From Obrimoposthia wandeli (lineage: Eukaryota), in assembly GCA_977020255.1 (NCBI GenBank), contig CDROCS010002814.1:62001-126000 (forward strand): DNA of 64,000 bases, read 5' to 3'. Below, in pieces: positions 20,290 to 29,963 of the stretch (position 1 is the stretch's first letter; each line of letters starts with the position of its first letter). Made by a program: the position numbers and the translations under genes. The notes beneath the pieces were generated by a model. It had not been told where the DNA came from and made no database searches. It was given only the letters and a program-made list of their open reading frames with translations.

Positions 20290-20599
20290 CTAGTTCTAAG
20301 TGTTAAAGGTCGTTTCAATTGCTCTTGGCGAAGTCATGGCGTAAGCTGTGCAAAGAGCAGAACAACCAATTGATCCCAGCATAAAAGAGTGCGCGTCCGG
20401 TAATCGCCGTTATGTCGATCAACCACTTTTTGAAAAGTGTGATGGGGAATAAATTTTAAAAGTTGATTGAAAATGTTGTTAGAATGTTTCACGCTCAACC
20501 TCAGGTTTGGAAAATAGCTGTCTAGTTAACACTATTTTACTGCCAATCCCCGTGGATTCGCTCTAAAGCTTCACATCTTTTTTAAGCCGGACACTAGTG
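20290..20599 (-). mobile_element. IS4-family (DUF4372-type) remnant: left end and first ~65 codons of the transposase
   Basis: From GTG 20492: KHSNNIFNQLLKFIPHHTFQKVVDRHNGDYRTRTLLCWDQLVVLLFAQLT, then TSPRAIETTFN in another frame; probable IRL CACTAGTGTCCGGCTTAAA ending at 20599. Not in the ORF track. Confidence 0.75.
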
Positions 20600-20657
20600 A
20601 TACCATATGATAATTTGGGCATTATTGTTAGAATTTCCAACTAGCCAAAAACTCACT

Positions 20658-21467
20658 TTATTTTTTATTTTCTTCTCGCAAGTAGGCAGTCCAGTAAACA
20701 CCTGCAACCAATAGCGTCCCGCCGATTATATTTCCGAAACTTACGACTATAATACTATTAAATAAACCTACGAACGATAATACTCCTGTTTCATCTAGGG
20801 CGAGTCCGTAGGGTATAAAAAACCAGTTTGCTATTGAATGTTCCAGTCCGATAGCAACGAAGGCGGTTATAGGAAAAATTATTGCTAGAATTTTGTCGGC
20901 AACACTTCGAGCGCCGATCGCGAGCCAAACAGCTAAGCAGACAAATACATTGCAAAGAACTCCACGCGTGAGGGCCTCCATCATAGTAAGGTTGAGCTTG
21001 CTGCGGGCGATATCAATCGCTGTTTCAGCTACAGCACCATCAGCAAGGTTACTAACGTTACTCATAATAACTAATAAAACGGTGCCCAAACAGCCAATCA
21101 CATTACCAATGTAAACAAGAATCCAATTACGCATAACCTCTTTAATACCAATTCGACCACTAGCCCAGGCCATCGCAATCAAGTTGTTACCTGTAAAAAG
21201 CTCTGCACCGGCCACGATGACAAGAACAAGTCCAAGACTAAAACTCAAACCACCGAGCAAACGTGTCAAGCCATAGCCAAAGCTATTATTCCCTGTAATC
21301 ACTACCGTGTAGAAGAGTGCCCCCATAGAAATAAAGGCCCCCGCTAAAATAGCCAGTACTAACAGTGTCAAAGTATCAGTTTTAGCCTTCGCTTCCCCAA
21401 TGTGCTCTACTTTACGAGCAATTTCCTTAGGTGGGTATGCATCGTTGTGATGGAGTTCTGTGCTCAT
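20658..21467 (-). CDS. Formate/nitrite transporter (FNT) family channel
   Basis: LAILAGAFIS, GAELFTGN, LCNVFVCLAVW, EHSIAN and GNIIGG. ATG 21467 is preferred over the ORF-track start 21551. Confidence 0.92.
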   Translation of the reverse strand: MSTELHHNDAYPPKEIARKVEHIGEAKAKTDTLTLLVLAILAGAFISMGALFYTVVITGNNSFGYGLTRLLGGLSFSLGLVLVIVAGAELFTGNNLIAMAWASGRIGIKEVMRNWILVYIGNVIGCLGTVLLVIMSNVSNLADGAVAETAIDIARSKLNLTMMEALTRGVLCNVFVCLAVWLAIGARSVADKILAIIFPITAFVAIGLEHSIANWFFIPYGLALDETGVLSFVGLFNSIIVVSFGNIIGGTLLVAGVYWTAYLREENKK

Positions 21468-21525
21468 CGTATTGATCTCGTAAATAGCATAAATGTGAGG
21501 CATTCCACTTAAGTTAGTCGTTATA

Positions 21526-21906
21526 TTATTTTTTGAGCCAAGCAATAGCATCAGTTAAGTCTTCAAAATACCTTACTTCACCTGACATAAACCAAGAGCC
21601 TAATTTGGCAGCCATTTCCTGCCAATTTTTATTACCATAAATTGCGACTTTATTGAATTCATTATTATGTTTAAGGCCGAGTTTAAAATCATCCCATGCA
21701 GCCCTTAATTCCCAGCCTTCTAGTTCAGTGCCATCGATTAGAATATCAACTTTAGGCTCTTTGACTTGGCTTAAAGCACAGTCAATAATTGGTGTAATAA
21801 TTTCGTAGTCAGCGTGTGTCAGTTTTCCCACTGCTTTTAAAGAAAGGAAAAAGTCACCGTCAATTCTTTGAATGCCAATTGATAGGCCATGTTTCATAGA
21901 GTTCAT
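21526..21906 (-). CDS. SpoIIAA-like (STAS/SEC14) domain protein
   Basis: GKLTHADY, EGWELRAAWDDFKLG and KVAIYG..WQE motifs. Confidence 0.82.
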   Translation of the reverse strand: MNSMKHGLSIGIQRIDGDFFLSLKAVGKLTHADYEIITPIIDCALSQVKEPKVDILIDGTELEGWELRAAWDDFKLGLKHNNEFNKVAIYGNKNWQEMAAKLGSWFMSGEVRYFEDLTDAIAWLKK

Positions 21907-22416
21907 CGTTGATTCTCCGAATAATTTATTAGCTATTACAGGTAAAGATTAGGTCACCCTCATTACTGAAGTTGAGTGCTAAAATTCACCATTTTTATTG
22001 CTTATTTTCAAAGATAGCAGCTAGAGTTGGAGCGATCAATTCAATAATATAAGAGTTAAACTAAAAGTTGATATAGCCGAGAATTTTGTTATAAAAAGCG
22101 ATTAAGTAATTAAATTCTAAGGCTATGTTTACTCCTAAATAATGCAGTATTTAAAATCTTTGGCCTACATATTTAAACTATTGCTTAAATTAAAATGATT
22201 AGTCATTTGGACATCATACTTTTTATAAAAAAACGGCAATCTTTATGCCATTGTAGTCAAATAAAGTTTAATTATATAAAGGTAATCTTAAGCTCTGGTG
22301 GGAGGCTAATATCGGTTCTAGGTATACTGCGGTATGGGTTTTAAAATCAAGATAAATAACGCAAAGCTATGTGAGATTATAAAATTTTGCCATCCAAAAT
22401 GGAGTTGTTAATACCA

Positions 22417-23490
22417 CCTGAATAAATTTGCAGTGCATCATCTAATCCAGTAGAAAGAGAAGTCCGCTGAAGGTAAGCTCCTATCTTTTCTCTCGGCAAA
22501 GAGATGTAACGATAATGAACACTACCAACAGCTGACTTATGAGCAACGATGCCAGATATGTGTGCTAAAGAAAAGGTTTTTCTGCGGAAGTATTGCAAGG
22601 TCTATTGGGGTTAGTCCAATCCACTGTTAACCGAAATTGAACGTAATTGATACAGGCGTAATACACGAACAGAGGCTATCGCTATAAACAAGCTCAAGAA
22701 AGCTTCCCAACGCCGAAATAAGGCCAGTAGCGCAACTAAATGACGCGCCGAGTATGATCGCTTATCGAATCAAAGCTGCGTCTTGAATGGAGTCTGAACA
22801 AATATCAGGCTGGCTTCTTGGATAAACCAGAGTCGATTAGCCATGATATCTACCCGCTTCATGGGCCGATAAAAAACCAGGGGAGTTGGCATACATCTCC
22901 GCCGCCAAGAAAAAGGCGACATTAAGCGCCGTCACGGTAAATCGACACATCAGATAAAGAACCGAGTCAGCAAGATGATCGACCATCGGTCGTTGAATCA
23001 CGCGTAGGTGACTGGGAGGATAGATACGGTGATTGGTAAAGGCCACAGTGGAGCGTTGGTGACAGTTGTTGAGCGCGTAACGAAGTTCACTGTATCGAAA
23101 CAGAGTAGAAGGCAGCTGCGGCAGTGACGAAAGCAACAATCGATCTCCTCAAGCCTATGCAAACGCAGTTCTAACGATCACAGCGGATAATGGTAAGAGT
23201 TCGCTTATCACGAGGAAATTAGCAAAGCGCTGGATGCTGATGTTTATTTGCTCACCCATACAGTTCATTAGGGAACGTGGGTTAAATGAAAATACTAATG
23301 GATTACTACGCCAATATTTCCCAAAAGACTGACTTTAAAAAGTACACAGAGCGAGGTTAAGACGAGCCGTTGAAAAAGATTAAATGCAAGGCCAAGAAAG
23401 TTGTTGGGTTTTAAAACGCCAAGTGATTTAATGGCCAAACACAGCACCTAGCAGCTTAAGCAGTGATGCACTTCGGATTTGAATCCGGGC
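22417..23490 (+). mobile_element. IS30-family element with a multiply frameshifted transposase
   Basis: Fragments YQQLTYEQRCQI, RGYRYKQAQ, GQIKNRVS, DTVIGKGHSGALVTVVERVT, TITADNGK and ERGLNENTNGLLRQYFPK. Imperfect terminal IRs at 22417-22440 and 23464-23488. Confidence 0.92.
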
Positions 23491-23834
23491 CATATATAAT
23501 TATCCTAAAAAATAATAAAGCTCAAACTCGGCAACATATTGAAAATATTTAGACGAAATATTTTATGAGTAGTCACGATAAAAAGGAGTGATAATTGAAA
23601 AGATGTTATCTAATACTAAATCTTGTCTATTTAAAGGTAGGCAAAGGAGCAATAAGTTGAATCTCTCTAGGTCGAGACTTACTATCTTTCTACAATAAAC
23701 TTAGATAAAAAACATGATAAAAGAATTCATTTGGCATCAAGATAAGAATAGCTTAAGAAATTACTAGTTGAAGATACGAGTGTAGGTGTGTCTTGGGAAT
23801 TTACTATACTCCTAAGAGGGTATTCCTTGATAAG

Positions 23835-23853
23835 CCTCCGGCTAAGCCGGAGG
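23835..23853. terminator. GC-rich hairpin downstream of the usp gene
   Basis: CCTCCGGC-TAA-GCCGGAGG; it could instead be an IS200/IS605-type end hairpin. Confidence 0.45.
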
Positions 23854-23876
23854 TAAACTAACTTAATAGTCTAGTA

Positions 23877-24317
23877 TCAAGGAACCAATACTATAGGAAT
23901 ACTCGCACAGTGTGCTACTTTGTTAGCAGTACTACCCAACAGTAAGTCAGTTAATCTAGATCTGCCTCTGCGGCCTAGAAATAGCATATTAGCGTGCTTT
24001 TCTTTAGCTTGTTCAAGCAGCACTTCAACTGGGTCTCCCCAAATAAACTCACTACTTAATGCTACGTCTTTGCTATATTTATCGATTAATGGTGCTATAT
24101 CGTTTTCTTGTACTTGTTTTTCTTGTTCTTTTACATCCAATTCAGGAATGTAATATGCAGAACCCACTATTATCGGTTGATAATGAGATTGAAAGTTCAT
24201 TACATACACCAATTTAACAGAGGCACCAGTATCTTTAGCGAGATTAACTGCCCTTTGAGTCGCTCGAATTGACCATTCACTTCCATCAATTCCCACTATA
24301 TATAAGAGATTTTTCAT
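23877..24317 (-). CDS. Universal stress protein (UspA family)
   Basis: IVGIDGSEWS, GRRGRS and LLLGSTANKVAHCASIPIVLVP. Confidence 0.92.
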   Translation of the reverse strand: MKNLLYIVGIDGSEWSIRATQRAVNLAKDTGASVKLVYVMNFQSHYQPIIVGSAYYIPELDVKEQEKQVQENDIAPLIDKYSKDVALSSEFIWGDPVEVLLEQAKEKHANMLFLGRRGRSRLTDLLLGSTANKVAHCASIPIVLVP

Positions 24318-24563
24318 ACTAACCTCCTCAGATTAGATATTAATAACAATAGAACGCAGCATATTAAAAATATTTTATAACTCTAAGTACTAAATAACAC
24401 AGCTGTTGGTTAATATAGTAGACTTAACTATAGACTAGGTAGACATAAATACTTTTGATTTGTATCAATAATTGTAGTCGCACAGTTTATAGTCATGCGC
24501 TGAACCTCACAAAATAATAGTAGTTGAAGGTAGAATTTTCTCTGTATGCTAATTGTAGAAGAT

Positions 24564-24930
24564 TGGACTTCCCAGATTATTAGTATAAAAGCATATTTTA
24601 GTGACAATCAAATTTTCCTTACTCTAAAGAAGGTTGAAAAAGACGTACTTATTACTCAACTAGGCACAGAGCATTATGTATGATTAATTATTTGATGGTA
24701 GACGCTGCTGTTTATTTAACTTCATGGAGGACTATAATCGAGATGGCTTCCAATAGACGCAAATATATTTTACCCGCACAAAGAGTTATCTAGTCGCTTG
24801 ACAACTTTGTTGAGTCTCGCCGTAAATCCAAACGAATTCTTGCTGATAATGTGCCTGCATATATAAGCTGTAAACTGGCATTTTAGCGAAAAGAACGCTA
24901 ATTAGTGACCTACTATTGTTTTATCCAGGT
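24564..24930 (+). mobile_element. IS3-family (IS407-group-like) internally deleted remnant
   Basis: OrfA-like FSDNQIFLTLKKVEKDVLITQLGTEH joined to integrase-core pieces GRRCLFNFMEDYNRDG, LPAQRVI and ADNVPAYIS (compare RVDNGPEFIS). Confidence 0.65.
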
Positions 24931-25194
24931 GGACTCAAGAAACACTGCGCGTCGCTGCAAAGAGTGTGAAATTAATCACTTGAATGATGAAACATGGTTC
25001 AAATATTCTGAAAAAGGCAGTCGTCATTTAACAGCAATATGCTTTGATAACATCAAACAGAAAAAAAATAGGTAGAGCGCACTTAAAGTTGGGTGGTTTC
25101 GTTGGTTTGAAACAAACAGCTTCTTGTTTTTTGTACTATCATATATAAACTACAAACTGAGGAAAAGAACGCTAATTAGTGACGTTTTATCCAG
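24888..25194 (+). repeat. Direct repeat of an IS3-remnant fragment
   Basis: GAAAAGAACGCTAATTAGTGAC at 24888-24909 and 25162-25183, each followed by GTTTTATCCAG (24918-24928 and 25184-25194). Confidence 0.8.
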
Positions 25195-25206
25195 CTCATT
25201 AATGTG

Positions 25207-25249
25207 CACAACAGGGTTCAAGGTTCTCCACAACAGGGTTCAAGGTTCT
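25207..25249 (+). repeat. 22-bp tandem duplication upstream of the hybrid kinase
   Basis: CACAACAGGGTTCAAGGTTCT(C) repeated head to tail. Confidence 0.9.
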
Positions 25250-25329
25250 TTTGTTACATTAAAGTTTGTTATCAATTAATAATATGATAAAAACTAATAG
25301 TATACTTTTTAATATCTAGGGAAGGATAA

Positions 25330-28300
25330 ATGAAGCAAAAAACATTAGGTTCTTTATGGAAGCAATTCGTTAGCTTAGCGGTTATCGGTATTTTCATCAT
25401 TATTGGTGTTGTACAGTTTGTCTTTACTGAAAGTATAGTAAAAGAGGCAACTTTAGATGCAAAGAAAGCAGCTCAGCAATATTCTCGATTACGAAACTAT
25501 TATACAAAAAATATTATCAGCAAACTTAATCAAAACGAGCTGATATTTACTTCAAGTGATTATAAAAATAAAAAAAATAGTATTCCGTTTCCAGACACTA
25601 TGATTCACGAACTGATTCAACTTGCTAAGATTGACGGTTTGGATGTTAGATTTCATTCTGCTTATTCTTTCCCTGGACGTGCAGAAAACGTTCTAGATGA
25701 CTTTCAGCTACAAGCATGGAAGGAGCTAACCCTGAGGCCTAATGAAGCTTACGTTATAACCCAAAGAACCGGTGATATCGATTCAGTCCGAGTTGCCATC
25801 GCAGATGTATTAATTGAGCAAACTTCTGTTGATTACCATAATAGTCACTTATTGACTCCCAAGAATGATTGGAAACTTGGCGATTTACGAGGAGTTTTCG
25901 AAATAGTGGTGCCTATTGATCATAATTTATCGCCGCATAAAAATGATAGCTACCAATTATCTTTGATTATTATTATTGTTTTTTTGGTTATATTTTTCTG
26001 TCTATTTTACATCCTTAAAAAAGAATCAAAGAAACAAGTGGATGCTATTCTGACGCCTTTGAATAATCAAAAATTTGCGATGAATGCTCACTCATTGGTT
26101 TCGATGGCGGACAAACAAGGCAAGATTATTTACGTTAATGATAAATTTTCAGACATCAGTGGTTATAGCAAAACTGAATTGATCGGTAGGAAGCACAGTA
26201 TACTTAACTCCAGAAATCAGCCAAAAAGCTACTGGGGAGATATGCATAAAACAGTACTAGCAGGGCATATCTGGCATGGAGAGGTAAGAAATAAGACTAA
26301 AGACGGACGTTTTTATTGGGTTGATACAACAATAGTACCTACTTATGATAACCAAAACAAAATTGTAGGCTTTGTATCAGTGCGTACTGATATTACACAG
26401 AGGAAAGAAGAGCAGGCGCAGCTCGCTATCGCTAAAGAGCTCGCTGAGTCAGCAAAGTTTGCGTTAGATCAACATTCCCTCGTCTCAGTTACTGATATTA
26501 AAGGGACTATCACTTATGTGAATAATAAATTTGTGCAAATAAGTGGCTATAAAAGTAGCGAATTGATTGGTCAAAAACATAGCATACTCAATTCAAATAA
26601 CCAGCCTAAAGCGTATTGGAAAGCAATGTTTGAAACGGTCTTTGCGGGTAAGGTTTGGCATGACGAAGTGCGAAATAAATCAAAAAACGGCCAATATTAT
26701 TGGGTTGATACCACGATAGTACCCAATTTTAATGCTCATAATAAGGTGATTGGTTATACTTCTATTCGAACAGATATTAGTGAACAAAAAGAAATCTTAG
26801 CGAATCTTGTATTAGCTAAAGAGCAAGCAGAAGTTGCCAATAACAGTAAAGCTGATTTTTTGGCTAATATGAGTCATGAAATACGTACACCTATGAATGG
26901 TGTGATTGGCATGACTAACTTACTACTCAATACTGATTTAAGTGCTCAGCAGAATACACTAGCGAATACCGTAAAATCCTCTGCAGTAGGATTGTTGGGT
27001 ATCATCAACGACATATTAGACTTTTCCAAAGTAGAAGCGGGTAAAATGGACCTAGAACTAATATCATTTAACTTAGGGAAAATGGTAGAAGATGTGGGTA
27101 AAACCATGAGTTTTCAAGCGGATCTGAAAAAATTACAATTTATTTGCCCTGCCAGCCCTGTTATTCAGCAGTGGATCAATGCTGACCCAGGTCGAATAAA
27201 ACAAATACTGACCAATTTAGTGGGTAATGCGATCAAGTTTACGGAACAAGGTGAGGTGGCCGTTTTTGTAAAACTAATGAAGCAAACTGATGAGCGTAAA
27301 GTGTTTCGTTTCGAAGTAAGAGATTCTGGTATTGGCGTGAGTGAAGAAAAGCAACATCACTTATTTGATAAATTTACACAAGCTGACTCATCTACTACTA
27401 GAAAATATGGTGGTACAGGCTTAGGTTTATCCATATGTAAACAACTAGTTGAATTGATGGGTGGTGAAATAGGAATAATTAGCCAAGTAGGCAAAGGCTC
27501 TACCTTTTGGTTCACTTTAGATCTTTTAAAGGCGCCAACGTTAGCTGACCAGTCTATTTACAATGCCGATCTTAGCAGCGAAAAAATATTAATTGTTGAC
27601 GATAATGAGACGAACCGGCAGTTACTGCAAAAGCTGCACCATATGTGGGATATTCCGCATACAATAGTTGATAGCGCTAAGGCAGCTATAGTTGAAATGG
27701 AACGAGCAGTAACGGAAAATGTACCTTATACCATAGCTATTTTAGATATGCATATGCCTGACACTAATGGTTTAGTGTTGTGTGAGAAAATCCAGAAAAT
27801 TCCAACATTAGCGCAAACAAAATTAATTATGGCCTCATCTCAAGCGCAGCGTGGTGATGCAGCCAAAATGAAAGCGGCAGGTTTTAAAGGCTATATCACT
27901 AAACCGATTTATCAGTCTGATTTATTTGATGTACTGCTAATGGTGTCAGGCCTACACAAATTAGCACCAGATTTCGTAACTCGTCACTCTGCCAAAGACA
28001 CAGTTCAATACAAAGCACACGTTTTAGTGGTTGAAGACAATGCTACTAATCAATTAGTAATAGAGGGAATGCTACGTGTTCTAGGGGTGACTGTCGACAT
28101 AGCAGGAAATGGGCAGGAAGCGATAGTGGCATTACAAAATGTGGGTGCACATGATTTAGTGTTTATGGATTGTCAGATGCCGGTATTAGATGGCTATGCG
28201 GCGACTAGAAAAATCCGATCCCAGAAAACAGCCGCTACCAATCGAAATATCCCCATCATAGCGATGACAGCTAACGCGATGACTGGAGATAAGCAAAAAT

Positions 28301-28785
28301 GTTTAGATTCAGGTATGGATGATTATTTATCCAAACCGTTAATGCCTAATAAGCTGGTTGAGATGCTTGAAAAATGGCTGCCCGACAGAGAGAGAGTTAG
28401 TCATATCGAAGAAAAAGTAGTCGATGCTATAGAAAAGAAGCTTGCTGGGGTTCTTATATTCGATTATGAAGATATGTCTAGCAGGCTGATGGAAGACATG
28501 GATTTAATGAAGTCAGTAGCAGAGGTGTTCTGTGAAGACCTGATTGAGCAAATAGATAAACTTAAAGCAAGTATCGGTGATAATGATGTGGTTAAAGCTA
28601 CTGTCATTCTACATCAAATAAAAGGTGCGTCGGTGAATGTGGGCGGTAAAGCTTTAGGTCTTTTAGCCTCTGAAATGGAACAAGCGGGTAAAACAGGTGA
28701 TATCGAGGCAATAAAGATACAGCTTGTGCGACTTGAACAAAATTTCAAATCACTTAAAGTCGCTATGCAGGGAGTTCTGTCATGA
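25330..28785 (+). CDS. Hybrid sensor kinase: TM-DUF3365-like sensor-TM-PAS-PAS-HisKA-HATPase-REC-REC-Hpt
   Basis: FLANMSHEIRTPMNG, NLVGNAIKFT, DSGIG, GGTGLGL, two receivers (LDMHMP, MDCQMP) and Hpt LHQIKGAS. Confidence 0.93.
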   Translation: MKQKTLGSLWKQFVSLAVIGIFIIIGVVQFVFTESIVKEATLDAKKAAQQYSRLRNYYTKNIISKLNQNELIFTSSDYKNKKNSIPFPDTMIHELIQLAKIDGLDVRFHSAYSFPGRAENVLDDFQLQAWKELTLRPNEAYVITQRTGDIDSVRVAIADVLIEQTSVDYHNSHLLTPKNDWKLGDLRGVFEIVVPIDHNLSPHKNDSYQLSLIIIIVFLVIFFCLFYILKKESKKQVDAILTPLNNQKFAMNAHSLVSMADKQGKIIYVNDKFSDISGYSKTELIGRKHSILNSRNQPKSYWGDMHKTVLAGHIWHGEVRNKTKDGRFYWVDTTIVPTYDNQNKIVGFVSVRTDITQRKEEQAQLAIAKELAESAKFALDQHSLVSVTDIKGTITYVNNKFVQISGYKSSELIGQKHSILNSNNQPKAYWKAMFETVFAGKVWHDEVRNKSKNGQYYWVDTTIVPNFNAHNKVIGYTSIRTDISEQKEILANLVLAKEQAEVANNSKADFLANMSHEIRTPMNGVIGMTNLLLNTDLSAQQNTLANTVKSSAVGLLGIINDILDFSKVEAGKMDLELISFNLGKMVEDVGKTMSFQADLKKLQFICPASPVIQQWINADPGRIKQILTNLVGNAIKFTEQGEVAVFVKLMKQTDERKVFRFEVRDSGIGVSEEKQHHLFDKFTQADSSTTRKYGGTGLGLSICKQLVELMGGEIGIISQVGKGSTFWFTLDLLKAPTLADQSIYNADLSSEKILIVDDNETNRQLLQKLHHMWDIPHTIVDSAKAAIVEMERAVTENVPYTIAILDMHMPDTNGLVLCEKIQKIPTLAQTKLIMASSQAQRGDAAKMKAAGFKGYITKPIYQSDLFDVLLMVSGLHKLAPDFVTRHSAKDTVQYKAHVLVVEDNATNQLVIEGMLRVLGVTVDIAGNGQEAIVALQNVGAHDLVFMDCQMPVLDGYAATRKIRSQKTAATNRNIPIIAMTANAMTGDKQKCLDSGMDDYLSKPLMPNKLVEMLEKWLPDRERVSHIEEKVVDAIEKKLAGVLIFDYEDMSSRLMEDMDLMKSVAEVFCEDLIEQIDKLKASIGDNDVVKATVILHQIKGASVNVGGKALGLLASEMEQAGKTGDIEAIKIQLVRLEQNFKSLKVAMQGVLS

Positions 28786-29696
28786 AATTACTTATTGCAG
28801 AAGATGATAAAACTTCAAGACTTATTTTACGTTCTGTCTGTACTAAATGGGGTTACGATGTTGTTTGTGTTGAAGATGGCCTGGCTGCGTGGGAGGTAAT
28901 GCAGCAGGAAGATAGACCACAGATAATGGTGATTGATTGGGAAATGCCGCATATGAGTGGTATTGAACTTTGCCAGCTTGTCAGTGATAAGTATGTAGAA
29001 AACCCACCTTACATGATATTGCTGACTTCACGTTATGAAACACAAGATATCGTTGAAGGATTAAAAAAAGGCGCTAATGATTACATTGCTAAACCTTTTA
29101 ATAATGATGAATTAAGAGTAAGAATTTCGGTTGGCAAGCGTATGATCCAATTGCAGAATAAGCTAAATGATACGCTACTAAAATTGACTGAGTTAGCGAG
29201 TAAAGATGCCTTAACAGGTATGCTTAATCGCCGAGCGATCATGGAAGCATTGAGCAAAGAGATTAAGCGCACAGAACGTCAAGAGCAGATTTTGTGTATC
29301 GGTATGTGTGATATTGATCATTTTAAATTGGTTAATGATAACTACGGTCACTTAGTCGGTGATGAAGTATTAAAAGAAGTGGCTAAACGTATGCAAGGTG
29401 CATTGCGAGTTAATGATGTTGTCGGCAGGTACGGAGGTGAAGAGTTTTTGATCGTGACACCTGTTGACTGCATGCAAAACGCTGGCTTGGTGTATCAACG
29501 AATCTGCGATGCTGTGTCTGGAAAACCAATTGTGGTTGGGGAAATTTCTATAACAGTTACTTTGAGTTGCGGTATCGCTAATTATATCCCTGTTGAAGAT
29601 AGGCAAAGTGTCGAAAAAATCATTTCAAGAGCGGACATAGGTTTGTACAAAGCAAAAGAGGAAGGTCGTAATAAGGTGGTTTCGCAAACTTTGTAA
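28782..29696 (+). CDS. Receiver-GGDEF diguanylate cyclase (WspR/PleD-like)
   Basis: IDWEMP receiver, DIDHFK, RVND I-site and GGEEF; ATGA overlap with the kinase stop. Confidence 0.93.
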   Translation: MKLLIAEDDKTSRLILRSVCTKWGYDVVCVEDGLAAWEVMQQEDRPQIMVIDWEMPHMSGIELCQLVSDKYVENPPYMILLTSRYETQDIVEGLKKGANDYIAKPFNNDELRVRISVGKRMIQLQNKLNDTLLKLTELASKDALTGMLNRRAIMEALSKEIKRTERQEQILCIGMCDIDHFKLVNDNYGHLVGDEVLKEVAKRMQGALRVNDVVGRYGGEEFLIVTPVDCMQNAGLVYQRICDAVSGKPIVVGEISITVTLSCGIANYIPVEDRQSVEKIISRADIGLYKAKEEGRNKVVSQTL

Positions 29697-29963
29697 TGCT
29701 AATTCTAGGCGAAGTTATGCAGTGTGCAGCTACTTTTATCAGTAATTAATATGTCGCTACTTTTAAAGTGCTCTATCTTGTTGTATACCTTATTAAGGCA
29801 GAAATAGCTGTATTATCTGATTGATAGGTCATTGAGGGTCGATGAATAAATGACAAAGACCTAATGTTATCTGGCGTGCTTTAAGGGCGAAAGACTAACA
29901 AAAGAACATCGAGATGAAATCGCTGAAATTGTAGTTATTTTAAACTCCTTAGTTACTTTTTCG

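Noticed and set aside
22377-23139. Minus-strand ORFs 22377-22598 and 22837-23139
   Set aside because: Antisense to the broken IS30 transposase.
24929-25076. Peptide VDSRNTARRCKECE...WFK resembling a TnpB zinc-ribbon start
   Set aside because: Only one CxxC, the second pair and RuvC motif are missing, and there is no other TnpB sequence; too weak to call.
8178-25249. Three separate 22-bp repeat pairs (8178/8589, 24888/25162, 25207/25229) as a possible CRISPR or common mechanism
   Set aside because: The sequences are unrelated, each has only two copies, spacing is irregular and there are no cas genes; the equal length is probably coincidence.
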